A stretch of 64,000 bases of DNA from Trichosphaerium sp. ATCC 40318 (Eukaryota; Protista; Tubulinea). The position numbers and the translations under genes are program-made. Of this stretch, positions 38,895-52,700 are shown piece by piece (within the stretch, counting starts at the first letter, position 1; every line of letters starts with the position of its first letter). The stretch lies in the NCBI GenBank assembly GCA_038496445.1, contig JALMLS010000579.1, positions 248,001 through 312,000 of the forward strand. The letters run 5' to 3'. The notes beneath the pieces were generated by a model that saw nothing but the letters and a program-made list of their open reading frames with translations, was not told the DNA's origin and did no database searches.

Positions 38895-41800
38895 ATGGAA
38901 GACAAGTTCGTATTACCGCCACCTAAATTCCACTTGGACGCTTTTACACTTTATGAAACAAAACACGTAATAAATTACGCTCAACGCCATTTATTGACAA
39001 TGTATCAAGCGATTTTACCTAGTTGGGGCGACTGAATGTAAAACCGAGTACAGAATCTTAAAAATCGATAGATCAGTGTTGGTACGCGTTATATAGTACA
39101 AAGATACACTCGAAAAGCTGTTAAAACGAATTTGTTAATAGGAGCTAAGTATTGAAGAAGTCAGTGGTCATTATTCACGTACAGACATACGCGGGATCAT
39201 TGAGACATTGGATAAAGGAAATAAAGCAACTGGCGGTTTAAGAAAAATAGGACGCGTGTATGGTATTATCGGTGAGTAATTAACGCGTCAGCGCGTATTT
39301 TAAAACCAAAAAAAATTGCTTGGAATGTTTTTAACGCTTTTTTTTGAACGTTCTTATAATCCGTCTTTAGGCTTTGTGAGGTTCACCTATGGGTACTACA
39401 TGATACTAATAACAGGTAAGAATGAATTTAAGGCATTCATAAAGAGAATTTTTGGTTTTGTCTAAAGATGATTTTAGGTCGGAAACAAGTTGCTGAGATT
39501 GGTCGCCATATTATCTATACTGTTACTGATTTATGCGATATTTACATACCTGCGCATCATCACAAGGATAAGCAGTTGCTTGGAACAACAAATGAAGACA
39601 AGTATGTATAAAAACAAGCTGGTGGCTGAAGATTATTTACTGGATTTGTTTAGGTACAGAGCATTGTTCTCTGTTCTGGACTTCACAAAAGAGTTTTATT
39701 TTTCTTATACTTATGATTTAGTACGTCAATTAAACAAGTAATACATAAATTCTATGTATCACGTGACAACACTTTTTTACTATTAATACCCTTTGTTTTG
39801 TGTTGTTTTATTTTGTATACAAGATTTAATCTTATTCGAGTCTAGACAAACACGCTCCAAACTAATATGACACCGATTGACCCAAATGCAAGACAAAGTA
39901 GAGATATGTTTGTATGGAATACATCTTTAACAAAAGGTAAAGAAAAATTTATTGTGGCGCAGCAAGCCCTTCACTACAGTCCAATAACTTCATTTTTTTT
40001 ACATTCTAGATTTCCGAAAACATATTAAAACTTCAGAACTATGGGCACCTAGCCTTATATATGGGTATTTGGGACAGTTTAGTATCCTTTAGAGATTGTT
40101 GCACAGTTCCTATACTCCAGTTTCACTTGACAACAATAGAAATAGAATACCAGGGAAGAACTTTAAGAATGACTTTAATAGCAAGAAGATCAAGTAAATT
40201 TGCTGGAACTAGATACTTGAAGAGAGGTGTCAATAATCAAGGTATTGTACAGCAGTTACGAAATGGTGTTTATTGACTACATTTTTAACTTGTAGGCTGT
40301 GTTGCAAATGATTGTGAGACCGAACAAATCATCAGTGATGTAAATTTGGGCAACCGTGGATTCTCATCATTTATCCAACATCGCGGATCTATACCAGTTT
40401 TTTGGGGTCAACCTGATACAGGCACGTGATTTCATATTGTTTATTTAAAAAGATAGGTACCTTGTGTTAATGTGATTAGGTATTAATAATCCAAAGAGAA
40501 ATATAGAGATAGTACGCGTTGATCCTTTTTATGGTACAATTTTTTTTTTATGTTTCTTAATCACAATACTAATGTTGTTTACAGCTGCAACTATTCTTCA
40601 TTTTTCGAACTTGTATGAGCGTTATGGTTCACCGATTATTGTATTAAGTCTTATAAAGGTACCGTGATATAGATTATATGTATATAAACCTTACAAGCAT
40701 AGAAAATTTCATCAGAAAAGACACCACGTGAATCAACTCTTGGAAACGAATTTGATGGAGCAATCAATTTCTTGCAAAGCACGCTTCCTGATGGGGCTTT
40801 AGAGTACCATGCATGGGATTTTAAGAAAGCTGCTAAGAGGTACCATCATTAACAAAATAAATTGTAAGGTGTACTTAATACCGCTTTTAGAGACCGACGA
40901 AATCTTCAAGCAGAAATGAACGAAATAGCTCAAAAAGCTATTGTAAAAACAGGATTTTTTCATAGCGGTAAACGTCAATACGTAACTGTAAGGAGGGCTC
41001 TATGTAGTAATTAATGTTATATTAATTATAAATCTAGGTAGTAAGACAATCAACTTCAAATGAACCACCAAGCGTAGGCAACTATGCAGATGATAATTAT
41101 GGTACGAAAAAAACATGGTTGTTGAAAATTATTGACTTGATCTTTTGATTTAAGGTTGTGTTCAAAAGGGTATACTTAGAGCAAATTGTATAGATTCGTT
41201 AGATCGTACTAATGCTGCATCATTTTGTATGGGTCAATGCGCTCTTGGTCATCAAGTAAGCCAAAAAAAATACTTTGCCGATTGTTAATAGAATTGTAGT
41301 TATATGCAATGGGCATCACTTCATCTCCTTTTTTGGATTTTGAAAGTAACATAACGTTCAATTTGATGCAACTTTATGAACTGTCAGGCCATGCGCTAGC
41401 GCTTCAAGTACGTCTAAAGCATTTCACAGCTATAACACAATGATCTTTCTAAGTTGTTTTTAGTATGGTGGTTCTGGTCTTGCACATACAATGAAAACGT
41501 TTGCAAATAAGAGTATTGCTGGCACTGGTAAAGATTTATTTGTTGCTGTTAGAAGGTTTGTATCAAATGTACTCAAAGACGAGGAGAAACAACAAAGCTT
41601 TAACCTTGTATTGGGTATGTATAAACCTCATCCTTTACGACAACATATTTGGGATATGGAGTCAGACCACTTTCTACATTTTCGAAAACCTCCTCCAATG
41701 TTGGTCTGGTACGTCATCATTGTTACCTTTTTCATGGTTCTAAAGGGTCCTTAGTAATACACCGTGGTATGAAAATGCTATGAAAGAGTTTAAAAGGCGT

Positions 41801-43156
41801 ACAGAGCCCAAGGAAGAAGTAAGACAAGAGTTGGCAAAACAGCATGAAGAACAAAAAACAGAAGTTTTGAATAACTACTACAACATACACCAATTGACTT
41901 CTTTTGATCAATTACTCGACAACGGTACGTGTAAATATCCAGTATACTATGTACTTGAAAATAAGATATTCTTGTGTAAGATATCTAAGAAAAGTTGTTC
42001 TTTAGAAGTCCATGTGTCAGTTGTTCACAAAGAAGATGAAATAAAATTATCTCGAAATATTCTTAAAGAAAAAGACGAAGCTCAACAAGAAATTGATGAA
42101 GAAGAAGAAGCACAACATATAATGTACGTTGATGATAGGATATCAATTCTTTGACATGGCCACTTTTTTTTGCAAAAGCATGTCACGTGGCAATGATAAA
42201 CAACAAAAAAATATCTGACCTTTTCTTTAAGTAACAAGAATATTCGTAAATGGATGGGCTACTTTGCCAAGCCTAGTGTTAAGAAGTTAGTTGTCAGAAC
42301 ACCTTCTCAAAATGTTATCAAGAAACGTGCCACACGTGCTCTTGATTCTCTTGCTATTATATACGGCACAAAGATTGCAATCAATAACCACGAGAAAGCA
42401 TATTTTAAACAGTACGAAAATTGTTGATTTTTTTTTCAATGTTTTTTTTGATTTTGTGCTCTCAACAGTCATTAGCTTTATTGGCAAAAATATTGCTAGC
42501 GATAGCTATTGTTGTGTTTATTGTATAGAGAATCTTGTTTTATCATATTAACTGATAACAACTCTTCAAGTTTATCTAACTGTATTAGTTATTCTAACTT
42601 GAACAAACTGATAAATCTTCGAAAAACAGAAGGAAGAGTAGTTCGTAGAGAAAAATATAAAAAGTTCGTAGATAATACAAGCCCTTTAAATCCTACAATG
42701 CTTATGACAAATGAATCTCAAACAAAACTAAGAGCATCATACGCACTTAACTGTGAATTAAAGTACGTCAAGTTATCTTTTTATGAAAAAAAGCGATAAT
42801 CTTGGAAGTTTGATTCGGTTTTCTCCGTACCCATCCGATTTTATTACTTTCTTTTCTAACCAATATATCACCAGTGTATTTGAAGCCATTTTATGTTGTT
42901 AACCGTTATTTTGTTGCTGGCTATGTAAAACAGTGTCACGATTAATTTCCTATTTTTTTCCTGCTTTTTTTAATTAAGTGTTTTTTGCTCATTGTTTGTT
43001 TTTAGCGCTTGTCAGGACGATGCACAACTACTAGTACTCGATAAATTATCTGGTGCTAATTTAGATGTATATAATGCGTCTGTGGGTATTCCAGATATGC
43101 TATTACAGCCACCACAGAGGCCAATTGGTTTACTTCATGAGCCTGTAAAAACATAA
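38895..43156 (+). CDS. FIG4: FIG4-like SAC-domain polyphosphoinositide phosphatase, many exons
   Basis: [94 protein letters not shown]. Confidence 0.92.
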
Positions 43157-43476
43157 CTTACAAAATTCTCTTGTACTTAAAATACAATCCTACACTATCT
43201 TATAAAGCTACATCCCTTATGTAATATCTGCGATTACATGACAGAGAAGTTCGCAAAGAACTTGTTCAAGGTGCATGTGCACTACAGAAAACTCGCTGAT
43301 TTTATAGTTGTATATGATCTCTAAAATTATTACTACACTATGTACGAGTTGCAATACGGACTTATTTCGCCTACAAAACAACTCTAGAACGATATGAGCG
43401 TCCAAAACGAGAGGTACTTCCCAAAACCCGTTTTGGAATTGTTGTTCTAAATAAGTACAAACACATCTTCGTAGCA

Positions 43477-44676
43477 ATGTCTACAGTGCTTAACGTTGTA
43501 GTATATAGCATTGCGTTGATTATTGCTTCATTTTACGTAGAATCAGCTGTAGTTAAAGACTATATAATTGTCGTCGCAGGTATAGATTGGCATACGTCTA
43601 AAACAACTTGTGAAGGAGCAGGACTACAACTTGCTGAATTTGAGACTGAAACCGAATGGAATCAAGGGATTTCAGTAATAGGCAACGCTAGTCTACTCAA
43701 TAGATACTGGGTAGGCTTTAATAGAACAATCGACCCTCCTCAGAATTGCTTTGAGGTCGTAGATGAGATAGATTGCACTTGCAAGCAATGTTTGGCTGGA
43801 AACGCTACATTTTGCGATGTTTGCCGTTCTTACGTTGGGCTATTCAGATGGGTTGGTTCAAACAGATCTTTATCTGAAACAGACTTATACACTGAAACAA
43901 ACCTTATTCCATATCTTGAAACATATTGGCGTTCAGATGGACCTTCTATTAGTAGAGAAAATTGCGGTGAAATGCAGTATGATAACGGAAAGTGGATATT
44001 AAATGACCAAGCATGTGGTGACTCAGGAATAGCGTTTTGTCAGAATGTTACTATTGTAACACCTCCACCTACTTCAATGTCACCTGTGACAACGACAGGA
44101 CCACCTACAACGATAGAACCTGTGACAACGACAGAACCACCGACAACGATAGAACCACCTGTTGAGTCACCGACAATGGAGACTCCGGCAAGTACAAACA
44201 AAACTACTATTCTTATCAATGGAAAACCCATTATTTTCGTTGATGGCATACCTACTGTTACTACCTTGAATGATACATCAGATACTATCACTATAACATT
44301 CCAAGATGAAATTATACCTTTAAATATAACAAACTGTCCTGCTTCTAGTACAATAGTTATTGACGTCAAAGACGAAGAAACTCTCCAAAATAGCCTTGAA
44401 AATGGACGAAATTTCACGTTATTTTATCTTCCGGAGAATTGTGAGGAGCAATTCCAAGTGACTTTAAAGACACCAAGTAGAGAATGTACTGTGGATTCTG
44501 ACTTTATCAGTGGAAGAATTGTTGTACTACTTGATTTTGATAGTTGTGGTCAAGCTAATGAATCAAGTAGTACAATTAACGTAGTTTACTATGCTGTTCC
44601 TGTAGGTGTAGTAGTACTCGCTATTCTTGTAGCTGTTGCTTGTATTATTGTTATAAAAATAAAAAAAGCTTCATAA
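43477..44676 (+). CDS. Type I membrane protein with C-type lectin-like domain and Thr/Pro-rich stalk, intronless
   Basis: Signal peptide; WHTSKTTCEGAGLQLAEF..YWVGF..FRWVG..ENCGEM..WILNDQACG..AFCQ; TTEPP stalk; C-terminal transmembrane helix followed by KIKKAS. Confidence 0.8.
   Translation: MSTVLNVVVYSIALIIASFYVESAVVKDYIIVVAGIDWHTSKTTCEGAGLQLAEFETETEWNQGISVIGNASLLNRYWVGFNRTIDPPQNCFEVVDEIDCTCKQCLAGNATFCDVCRSYVGLFRWVGSNRSLSETDLYTETNLIPYLETYWRSDGPSISRENCGEMQYDNGKWILNDQACGDSGIAFCQNVTIVTPPPTSMSPVTTTGPPTTIEPVTTTEPPTTIEPPVESPTMETPASTNKTTILINGKPIIFVDGIPTVTTLNDTSDTITITFQDEIIPLNITNCPASSTIVIDVKDEETLQNSLENGRNFTLFYLPENCEEQFQVTLKTPSRECTVDSDFISGRIVVLLDFDSCGQANESSSTINVVYYAVPVGVVVLAILVAVACIIVIKIKKAS
44083..44156 (+). 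repeat. 36-bp tandem duplication encoding PVTTT(G/E)PPTTIE
   Basis: cctgtgacaacgacag(g/a)accacc(t/g)acaacgatagaa occurs at 44083 and 44119. Confidence 0.85.
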
Positions 44677-44985
44677 ATTAGCACAGGTCACGTTCTTTTG
44701 TACGCCACAAGGTGAAATATTCATGTTCTAATGCAAACACTGTTGCGTGTTATAGAAAAAAGTATACTTTCTTCTTCGAATTTTATCCTACATCGTTCAC
44801 TACCTTGATCTTTCTTAAGTACAATGAAGTCTTACACCTATGTCCAAAAGGCGGTCAACCAAGACCACGTCCTTACATAAACCACTGAAACAAAACCAGT
44901 TCAACATTTGCTGACAAACGGATGTCTGTGCACGGAATTGAGATTTACTTTGAGCTAAATGTTGTTGTACAATTTGTTTTATTAT

Positions 44986-47900
44986 TTATTTTACAATATC
45001 TACTGAATTTATACCCAATAGAACGGAAACTTTGTTACGTTGATTAGAATCAAGCTGTCTTAAGTTTTTTAAAGTACGAGGAGGTCTTTCAATAGCAGAA
45101 ACAGATAAACTTCTTGGAATTTTACGAATATCACCTAAACTGTTTGAAAATCGTTTCTTTGACCCTGCAGTCTTATGATAAGACTCTATTCTCTTTCTCT
45201 TCGGTTTACTATCTGTATTATAAACACCTAATATACGAGATACTTTAGCACGTTGTGAGAATTCAATAGAAGATAATTCAGAGCAAGTTGCTCTTTTTCT
45301 GTCATTTGTTTGGTTCTGTTGTTGCTGTTTTTGTTGTATTGTCTCTATACCTAGTAACCATCCTATTTTAGATCTTTGTGGTTCTTCTAGTAGTGATAGT
45401 TCTGAGCTAACAAGATCATGTTTTTGATGTTTTCTTGCTGGTTTTGAAAGTAGTCTTGGAGATTTTCTTTTTTTAAGTTTTGGTGATTTTTTCCTCTTTG
45501 TGTTTGTACGTTGAAGTTTTGGTGCTGATGAAGTCAAAGGAACTCTAGGTTCAAGTACTCTTGATATTTTATAAGCTTCATTACTGCCCATAGCCCTAAA
45601 AAATTGGTCAAAATAGTGATGGTGAAAAAACATTGCAATGGTCAACACTGTTCGTTCAGTCGATTTCACATTTTACTCAATACTGAAGCCTATAAACAAC
45701 ATGTAGGTAGAAGTACATGATATGAACTTCCGCGTATTGAACGTTTTGTGAAGGTCGTGTCATAGAAGTGTTGTATTTTTTTGTAGCTGACTAGAAAGAC
45801 AAATGTTGCTTTGGACGTACTTCGATTCACGTATTAAGTCCTCAATGGGAAGGACTCTCTGTAAGTTGTAAGGAGTCTTCTGATGTTCCATGAACTTCTT
45901 TAATGTATCGGCTAAACGCTCATACTTGATAAAGCATATATTTTTATACTTCAAACTAGAAGCACGTTTAGGTACACCCTCATAAATCATAACGAGATCT
46001 GTAAGAATAATGCCTACAGAAAAAAATAAGAAATTAATTCAAATTGTTTCTTTGAGGTTATTGGTACCAACAAATGGCATGAGAGGTGGCTTTGCTTCAC
46101 TTAGAATGCCTCTATAATTATGGAAATTACCATCTCTACAAAGGTACTCTGAAATCGTCTGAAACGCTTGAAACTTTGTGTTGCTGACTTTCTATTTCAA
46201 ATGAAAATTAGTATTCACAGAAACAAAAGAGTTGCATACATTCCACGTTCGCTTTAGTCTAGCTACTGCTCCACAAGACAATCCAGCTAAAATATCCATT
46301 ACACCAGCATAATTTTGCAATAACCACAAAGCCTATTTCAGAGAAGTGAGTATGTGAGGTTAATCGGTAAAAAACAAGAAAAGGAGTCACACCTTTAGTA
46401 CTTCTATTATTTTCTCTATAATCTTAACCCGTTTCTTTATGCTTTCTTCACACATTATTGCGCTGATAACAATATTTGTTATGCGTGTATCAAAGCGAAT
46501 CATAGCGAGAAGATTTGGACTATTTATCTCTTTTTCTTCTTTGGTCCAAGCACAGCAAAGTACCTCCCTTAGTTCTACAGCCTTTTACACCCCATTAGAA
46601 CGATCATAACGTATTAATACATACCCTAAATAAAGTATGTTGCATCAATGTAATCTGCCTTGCGATTTCAATGGGAGGAACATCAAGTAGAGCACTACAA
46701 TGGATTAGAAAATGAGCAAAAGAAATGGTATTGTAAAATTACGTTTCTTTTTTCTTTAGTCCTGCAAATGGGTTCGGCGTAGGAACAGTAGAAGATATAG
46801 GTTGCTGTAATATATTAAATCCTTTATCCACATACTGCTCTAGTATATTTGCAGCATTGTTTCCTTCAATACATTTAACTGAAGATACAAAACCTTGTAG
46901 AGCTTGAAAAGCACTTTCATCCTCCTATTTATTTAAACGTTAAGAACAAGACAGTTTAACATACTGTGCACTACTGCTTACTAACCTGAAAGTAAAAAAA
47001 TAGTTGTGAAGAGACCCAAGTTTTAAAGAAACTTGTTATAGCTTGTCTAGACTTAACACTCGTTCCTTATTAAAAACAATCAACAAAAAGTTATTTAAAA
47101 GGGTTTAGATATGTTGTAAAAATAGTACCTTTGGCTTTATACTGTGAGTTCAGTTTGGATATTACAAAAGTGCTTGTAGTAAAGTCTCTTAGTGTCAATA
47201 AAAATGTCATGACAAACTCTAAATTCAGTGTTACAATGAGATTAAAGAAATAGCTTAATACTGCAAAAAAAAAAACTCACCTTCATCAGTAGGATTAACT
47301 ATCCGAAGAATTAACTCATCAATAGTTGGATCATTATCTATTTCTTCAGGAATAGAACCTAATCTGATTGGTTGTGGTCGAGAACCCATTGGAAAACGCA
47401 AAGAACTAATACACAACATTAGGTAAAACAATCCAAAGTTTCTTTGCTTAAGACCTAAAAATGCTTCGGACTTTCACGTGCCTTTTGTTCTTTTCGCGCA
47501 AATCGTTGAAGTCTGTAAATACATCACCACCGTAGTTGAGTAGTGCATTGTATACGCCAGGTATACAACTAAGAGGTTCATGAACAACAAGTTTATCAGC
47601 TACCCTACTAACAGCCAGTTTATCACCAGAAGGACGAACCAAAAAAGTGCCCTAAGTATCCACAGTTAGCGCTTCACTTCTAGTGCTATAGAAGTACATC
47701 TCTTTGGTTTATAAGCATGTCTTCTGCTTTTTCTACTGTTATAGAGCCATAAAAATAGCTAGTAAAGAAAGCACTTTAGCACATAAACCCACACAAAAAA
47801 AATAATAAGTGTACTCTCGATTTGTAACATCAGTTGTGAACGGATTTTTAAGATAATCACTATTGCACTCTATAATTTCTTCTATGCTGCTATATGTTTT

Positions 47901-49290
47901 CTCCCTATTTATTCATTAAACACTCCCAAAGGAACTTTGTCAAAAAAACATCATTAAAAACGTACTGTGCCCCTTCAACGTAGAAACCACTTGCACTTAA
48001 AAAAATAACAACTTCAGAAAGATGACTTAAACTCCCTTTCCTAAAACAACGTATCAAAAAAAAAGTAGTTCGAGTGACAATGTAATTAATGCTTACGGGC
48101 TGACATAGTCTATAACAAAACTACATGGAACAGTATCACTGAATCTTACTAAAAACGTTCCAGGGAGTTCTGAAAGACACAAATTAGTAATCCTCCGATA
48201 AACCGTTTCAAAATAACTTGTAGAAAGCGTACGTAAACTCATAAGGCTGGTTACAGCGTCATAAGAATCCAAACTGAAGTGAAACCAAGAATGAAGCAAA
48301 AACGTTTGAACCTAGATAAAAACGTCAGAACAAGCGAAAAACAACAATTTCTACCCACCTTATAAACACAAACATCCATTGATCCAAAACAAGCAATAAA
48401 TCTCTCGAAATCATCGAAACGGGCACAATTTTGTTCGTTTGACCTTGAACGGTGTCAACAAAGCAAGTTGAAATATCTTTAAGCTGTCAAAGGCGCGTAC
48501 ACGATAATCTTTCGAATAAACGACATGACGGAATCAGATGGGTTCTGGGACGCCAAAAATAGTGAGAAAACGCGAAAAAACGCATCAGCGTTCTGTATTT
48601 TAATCAAACCGAAATTGATTTGCCAAAAACTAGGTTGATGGAGTCAGAGCCAGCAATTAATACTTGGAAGAACGTACGTTGTTACAGGATCGAGTACAAC
48701 AGTTATCGGGCTCTCTTTTGAGTTTTTTTCACCAAATACCGTTAGTTCAGGAAAGTTGTTTTTTCTGTGCCCACGGTCACTCTTAGAACCTGTTGTAGTA
48801 TTAGAGTTTTTACTTTAGCACCATACAAAGTAACCCACCTCCAAATACCATCTTTGGCTTTGCCAAGGCTATAGCGCTCAGGCTTCGCGTTAACTTATCA
48901 CCCAAATGTGGAATACGCGAATACGGTTCAACACGCATTCGTTTATTAGCGTCAGTCTACTCAACGTTACTCATGCGACCAAAGGTACAACAACTTGTCA
49001 ACGTACTAGGCCGAGTAATTTAAAACTGCCAACTTGCGTGAAGGCATAATCTTCGCACAGGAAATGCGTAGAGGCATGCTTGTTCTACATTTCTTAGCGT
49101 TTAACACAATAAACGCCTTTCTCGGTGATCCAGGCAACAGCGTACCTTGGCATATTGTCTAGACCGCATTCGCGTTGTTGATGAACTCTAGAAGACAATT
49201 AATAATTACAAATTCGTGTAGTATGACAGTGTTACTCACAACTTGATCCATAGAGAGCGTAGTTGATTCAATTTCATTTCCAGGCTCCAT
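44986..49290 (-). CDS. Ras guanine-nucleotide exchange factor (REM plus CDC25) with two N-terminal SH2 domains, many exons
   Basis: SH2-1 SWFHFSL..PGTFLVRFSDT; SH2-2 YFYGSITVEKAEDML..GTFLVRPS; REM FVMTFLLTLRDF; CDC25 PIEIARQITL..AWTK..SPNL..LQNYAGVMDILAGL..RLKRTW..NYRGIL..PPLMPFVG.ILTDLVMIYEG. Confidence 0.85.
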
Positions 49291-49734
49291 TACCAACCGT
49301 CTGTAGTTATTACGTTTTACAGACCCAAAAGCTACCTTTATATAGCCCCAAACTTGATTAGATGTATCATAGCTCCACTGCAGTACAATTTGACTAATTT
49401 AGAAAGAGCAAATTTATTAGTTGTACTTTTGGTCTCTAAACTCAGCGAAATAACCGACATAATTAGCACACTACCAAGACCAAAACTCTGCAGTAATTAC
49501 ACCAAAGCGTTTCCAAAAAAGACGTTCTTAAGTTTTCAGACACTAACAATTCCAGAAGTACTCACAACACAAGATACCGCTTATTCAAGACATATCTAAT
49601 ATAACAAAACCGCGAGCTAAGAATTTTTGAAACTTTTTGAATTTTTTGGACTTCTACATACGTAAAACTAAACTAAAACTACGGTACACGCCGTAGAAAT
49701 CATGAAGTTTGTCATTAAAGGTTGTTTTATCCGT

Positions 49735-52700
49735 TTAATTGAACCTCGATAAGAATAAATCCGCACCATTTGGCGTCTCTGCTTGTGCGGGTGGTTGAGT
49801 ATGTATTGGTTGTTGAGGAGGTATACCATTAGGCGCATAAGGATACATCGGCATAGATACAAAGTTTGCACCTGGTATAGCCGGTAGAACACCTGGTTGC
49901 GGCATACTGTATACTGGAGGCATAGCAACAACACCAAAAGGCATTTGTTGTACACCCATTGGTGTGAAAACGCCGACAGGTTGTGAGAAACTAGGCTGAA
50001 ACGGAGGTGTATGTCGATGTTGGTTGTGTGTTTGTGTCTTATTATTCTCTTGTTGTTTTGTGTAGTCATTGGTTTGTGCACTATTAACAGTTAACGTCAA
50101 TATCAAGAAGGCATGAAGGAAGAAAAAATCCAAAACAATAAAGAAAAACAGTTTGGGTACACGCACGATTTACTGATGTCTTTTTTGGGCATATATTTAA
50201 CTACTGATGAATTAATAAGTCTTAATTGTACTGATAACATATAAACAAAATAATATTACGTACCCTTAGGCTTGTTCGGTCTCTTATTAAACTGCTAGAA
50301 GAATCAAACAATATTAGTTCAAAAAAAAACACAAGGAAAAGTTGAGTATATTTGTGGGTCTCGTACGTTCTCCTTTGGCATATAAGAACTTCCTACATAA
50401 CCACCTGGTATACTACCACCATTCTCTTGAGGAGAACCTACATGATTTCTACCATTCTCGGCTACCTTATACGGCCTTTCTTGCTTTTGAACCCAAGCTT
50501 GTTGTGGCTTTGAATTTCTCTTTGTTGATATAGTTGTATGGTTCTTTAACGAAGCACTACCAATAGGTGTGTACGCTCTAGCATTAACATTATACTCTTT
50601 GAGAGGCTGAGTATTAGAATTATTCCTTGAAGGAGGCTTAGATGAAGTCATATCGAAGCCAGCATCAAATTCCATCTCATCTTCAATTTTTTTCTGTCTT
50701 TCTCTTTTTTCACGTTGTTCACGTTCCCTTTTCTCTCTTTGTTCTTTTATTTTCCTCTTACGTGCTTGTTCCTTTGCATTCTTTTCTTGTTGATACAGTT
50801 CACGCTCTTTACGAAGTTTTTCGCGTTTGGCCATAATCTTACGATTATTCTCTTCCTACAGCAGTTTAGTATTTAGAAGTAATTCTGACTCAAAAAAAAT
50901 TGTTCTCTTTTTTTTGATCTTTTTCTGTAGCCCACAGCTGGAGCTTTTGTATTTAAAAGGAAGCTAACCATAATTGCGATTCTATAGGTTCTATTCCGAG
51001 CAAAAACAATGGCCAAACTGAAGAGTATGGCTTATATTTTGGTAAAAAAAAGAATCAAGGGAAAGCACGATTTCATTAGTTTTAAGCTTGTGTTCTTAGA
51101 TATTTGGCGTATTTAAATGTGTGTAGTTGAATTAGGAATGTATGTATACGTACCTTATCTAAAATAGAATTCAAAGCTTTATTGCATTCCGCAATAACTT
51201 GGTCGAAATTATTAAGTTTTCTACCTGTAACACTTGCTGATCTTTGAAGTAACTAGCGGATTGTTATTGTCTTTAAAGTAGAAGTAGAAAAAGAGTTGAA
51301 TTGACGAGTTAAAATTAATAAGGGGGTAATGCATACAGCCATCATGTCATCTTTAGCGCTATTATCTATAGCTCTTTTCATCTTTGATAATAAATCATGT
51401 TGTGCCAAGAAATTATCCAGGTCTCTTTCAGCTTGTAGTGTAGGTACATTTAATCGCCTTGCTGTAGTAATAGCGCTTCTATATTATATGTTTTAAAATG
51501 AAAAGAACCATACAATCATGTTATAGTAACAAAACGAGAGTACAAAGAAAGACCACTAGTTTTAAAAAAAGTCAAATGAAAAACAAAAAAAAAAACCACC
51601 GAAATTTCCACTCCGTTGCCCTACTGTACCTTAAAGCTTCTATGTTTCTTGTAGCAATAGCCTTATTCAACCCATCTGTAGCAGAAGAAATCTGTACCAA
51701 TTTCTTAAGCCTATCACTGAGCTGTTTGATTTCTTTTTGTAATTTCTTTTCAAAGTTTTTTGCTCTTTCTAACCAAGCCTTAATCTTAGATTCATCATCA
51801 CTTAACAATAAATCCTTTGTGCTTTTTCTTAACTTTGATATCTCTTGTACATTCTTACTCTCTTCATTCATCTCACGTAAAAGATACTTTGCTTGCTTGA
51901 TAAGACTATTTTCAAGTTTAATACCTTTACCACGTGCATTATTCATGACGCGTGCTATAGTCTTTTTATCACGGTTTTTTATAGCTTGCTTCAATTGACC
52001 AACCATATTTTTTTTCAACCCTTCATTTCTCTTATTCTTTCTGTTCGGTTTTTTTTTGTTGTTGTTTTTTGTATTTTTTTTTTGTTTGTTGTTTTTGCTT
52101 TTATTGTTGTTTTTGGTGCTTGTCAGTTCATCATCAAAGTCAATATTACCATTCGATGATTCTTTGTTTGTTTGATTTGATTGTGATTCATATTCATCAC
52201 GTACAACTTTGGGTCTCGCTTTATAGTACCCTGGAGCAACTAGAGATTGTGAACACAAAAAATTGGAAAGCAGAAAAAATAAAGAAAAAATGTCAAAGTG
52301 TCACATTTGACACATTGCAATGATACTAATCTTAAATTTAAGCGTACCTCCACCTGCAGGACCAGGTACTACAAAATTTGTAGCTGTAGAGGGCGGACCC
52401 TGACCATAGAAATTAACAGCGAATACTCTAAACAAAGTTAGAAAGGCGAACCTGATCCAATAAAACAAATTAATTAAATTGTGCTTCGCCCTCAGAGTTT
52501 CTGGGACGCTTCGAAGAACAGAAAATCCATATTTCTTCTATCATCACATACCTGAATAGATAATGCGCATTGGGGACCACTGTGAGTTCTGTATAGCAAT
52601 CTACACCTGAAAAAAGCGCAGACCACGTGCTACTCTTGTGATTTGCCATTTTATACTCCAATGTAAAGTAACCAAGGGGTTTTGAAACTGTATAAGTCCA

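Noticed and set aside
51498-51998. 166-aa plus-strand ORF (similarly 13008-13415 minus, 44040-44417 minus, 29853-30155 plus)
   Set aside because: Antisense shadows of well-supported coding exons on the opposite strand.
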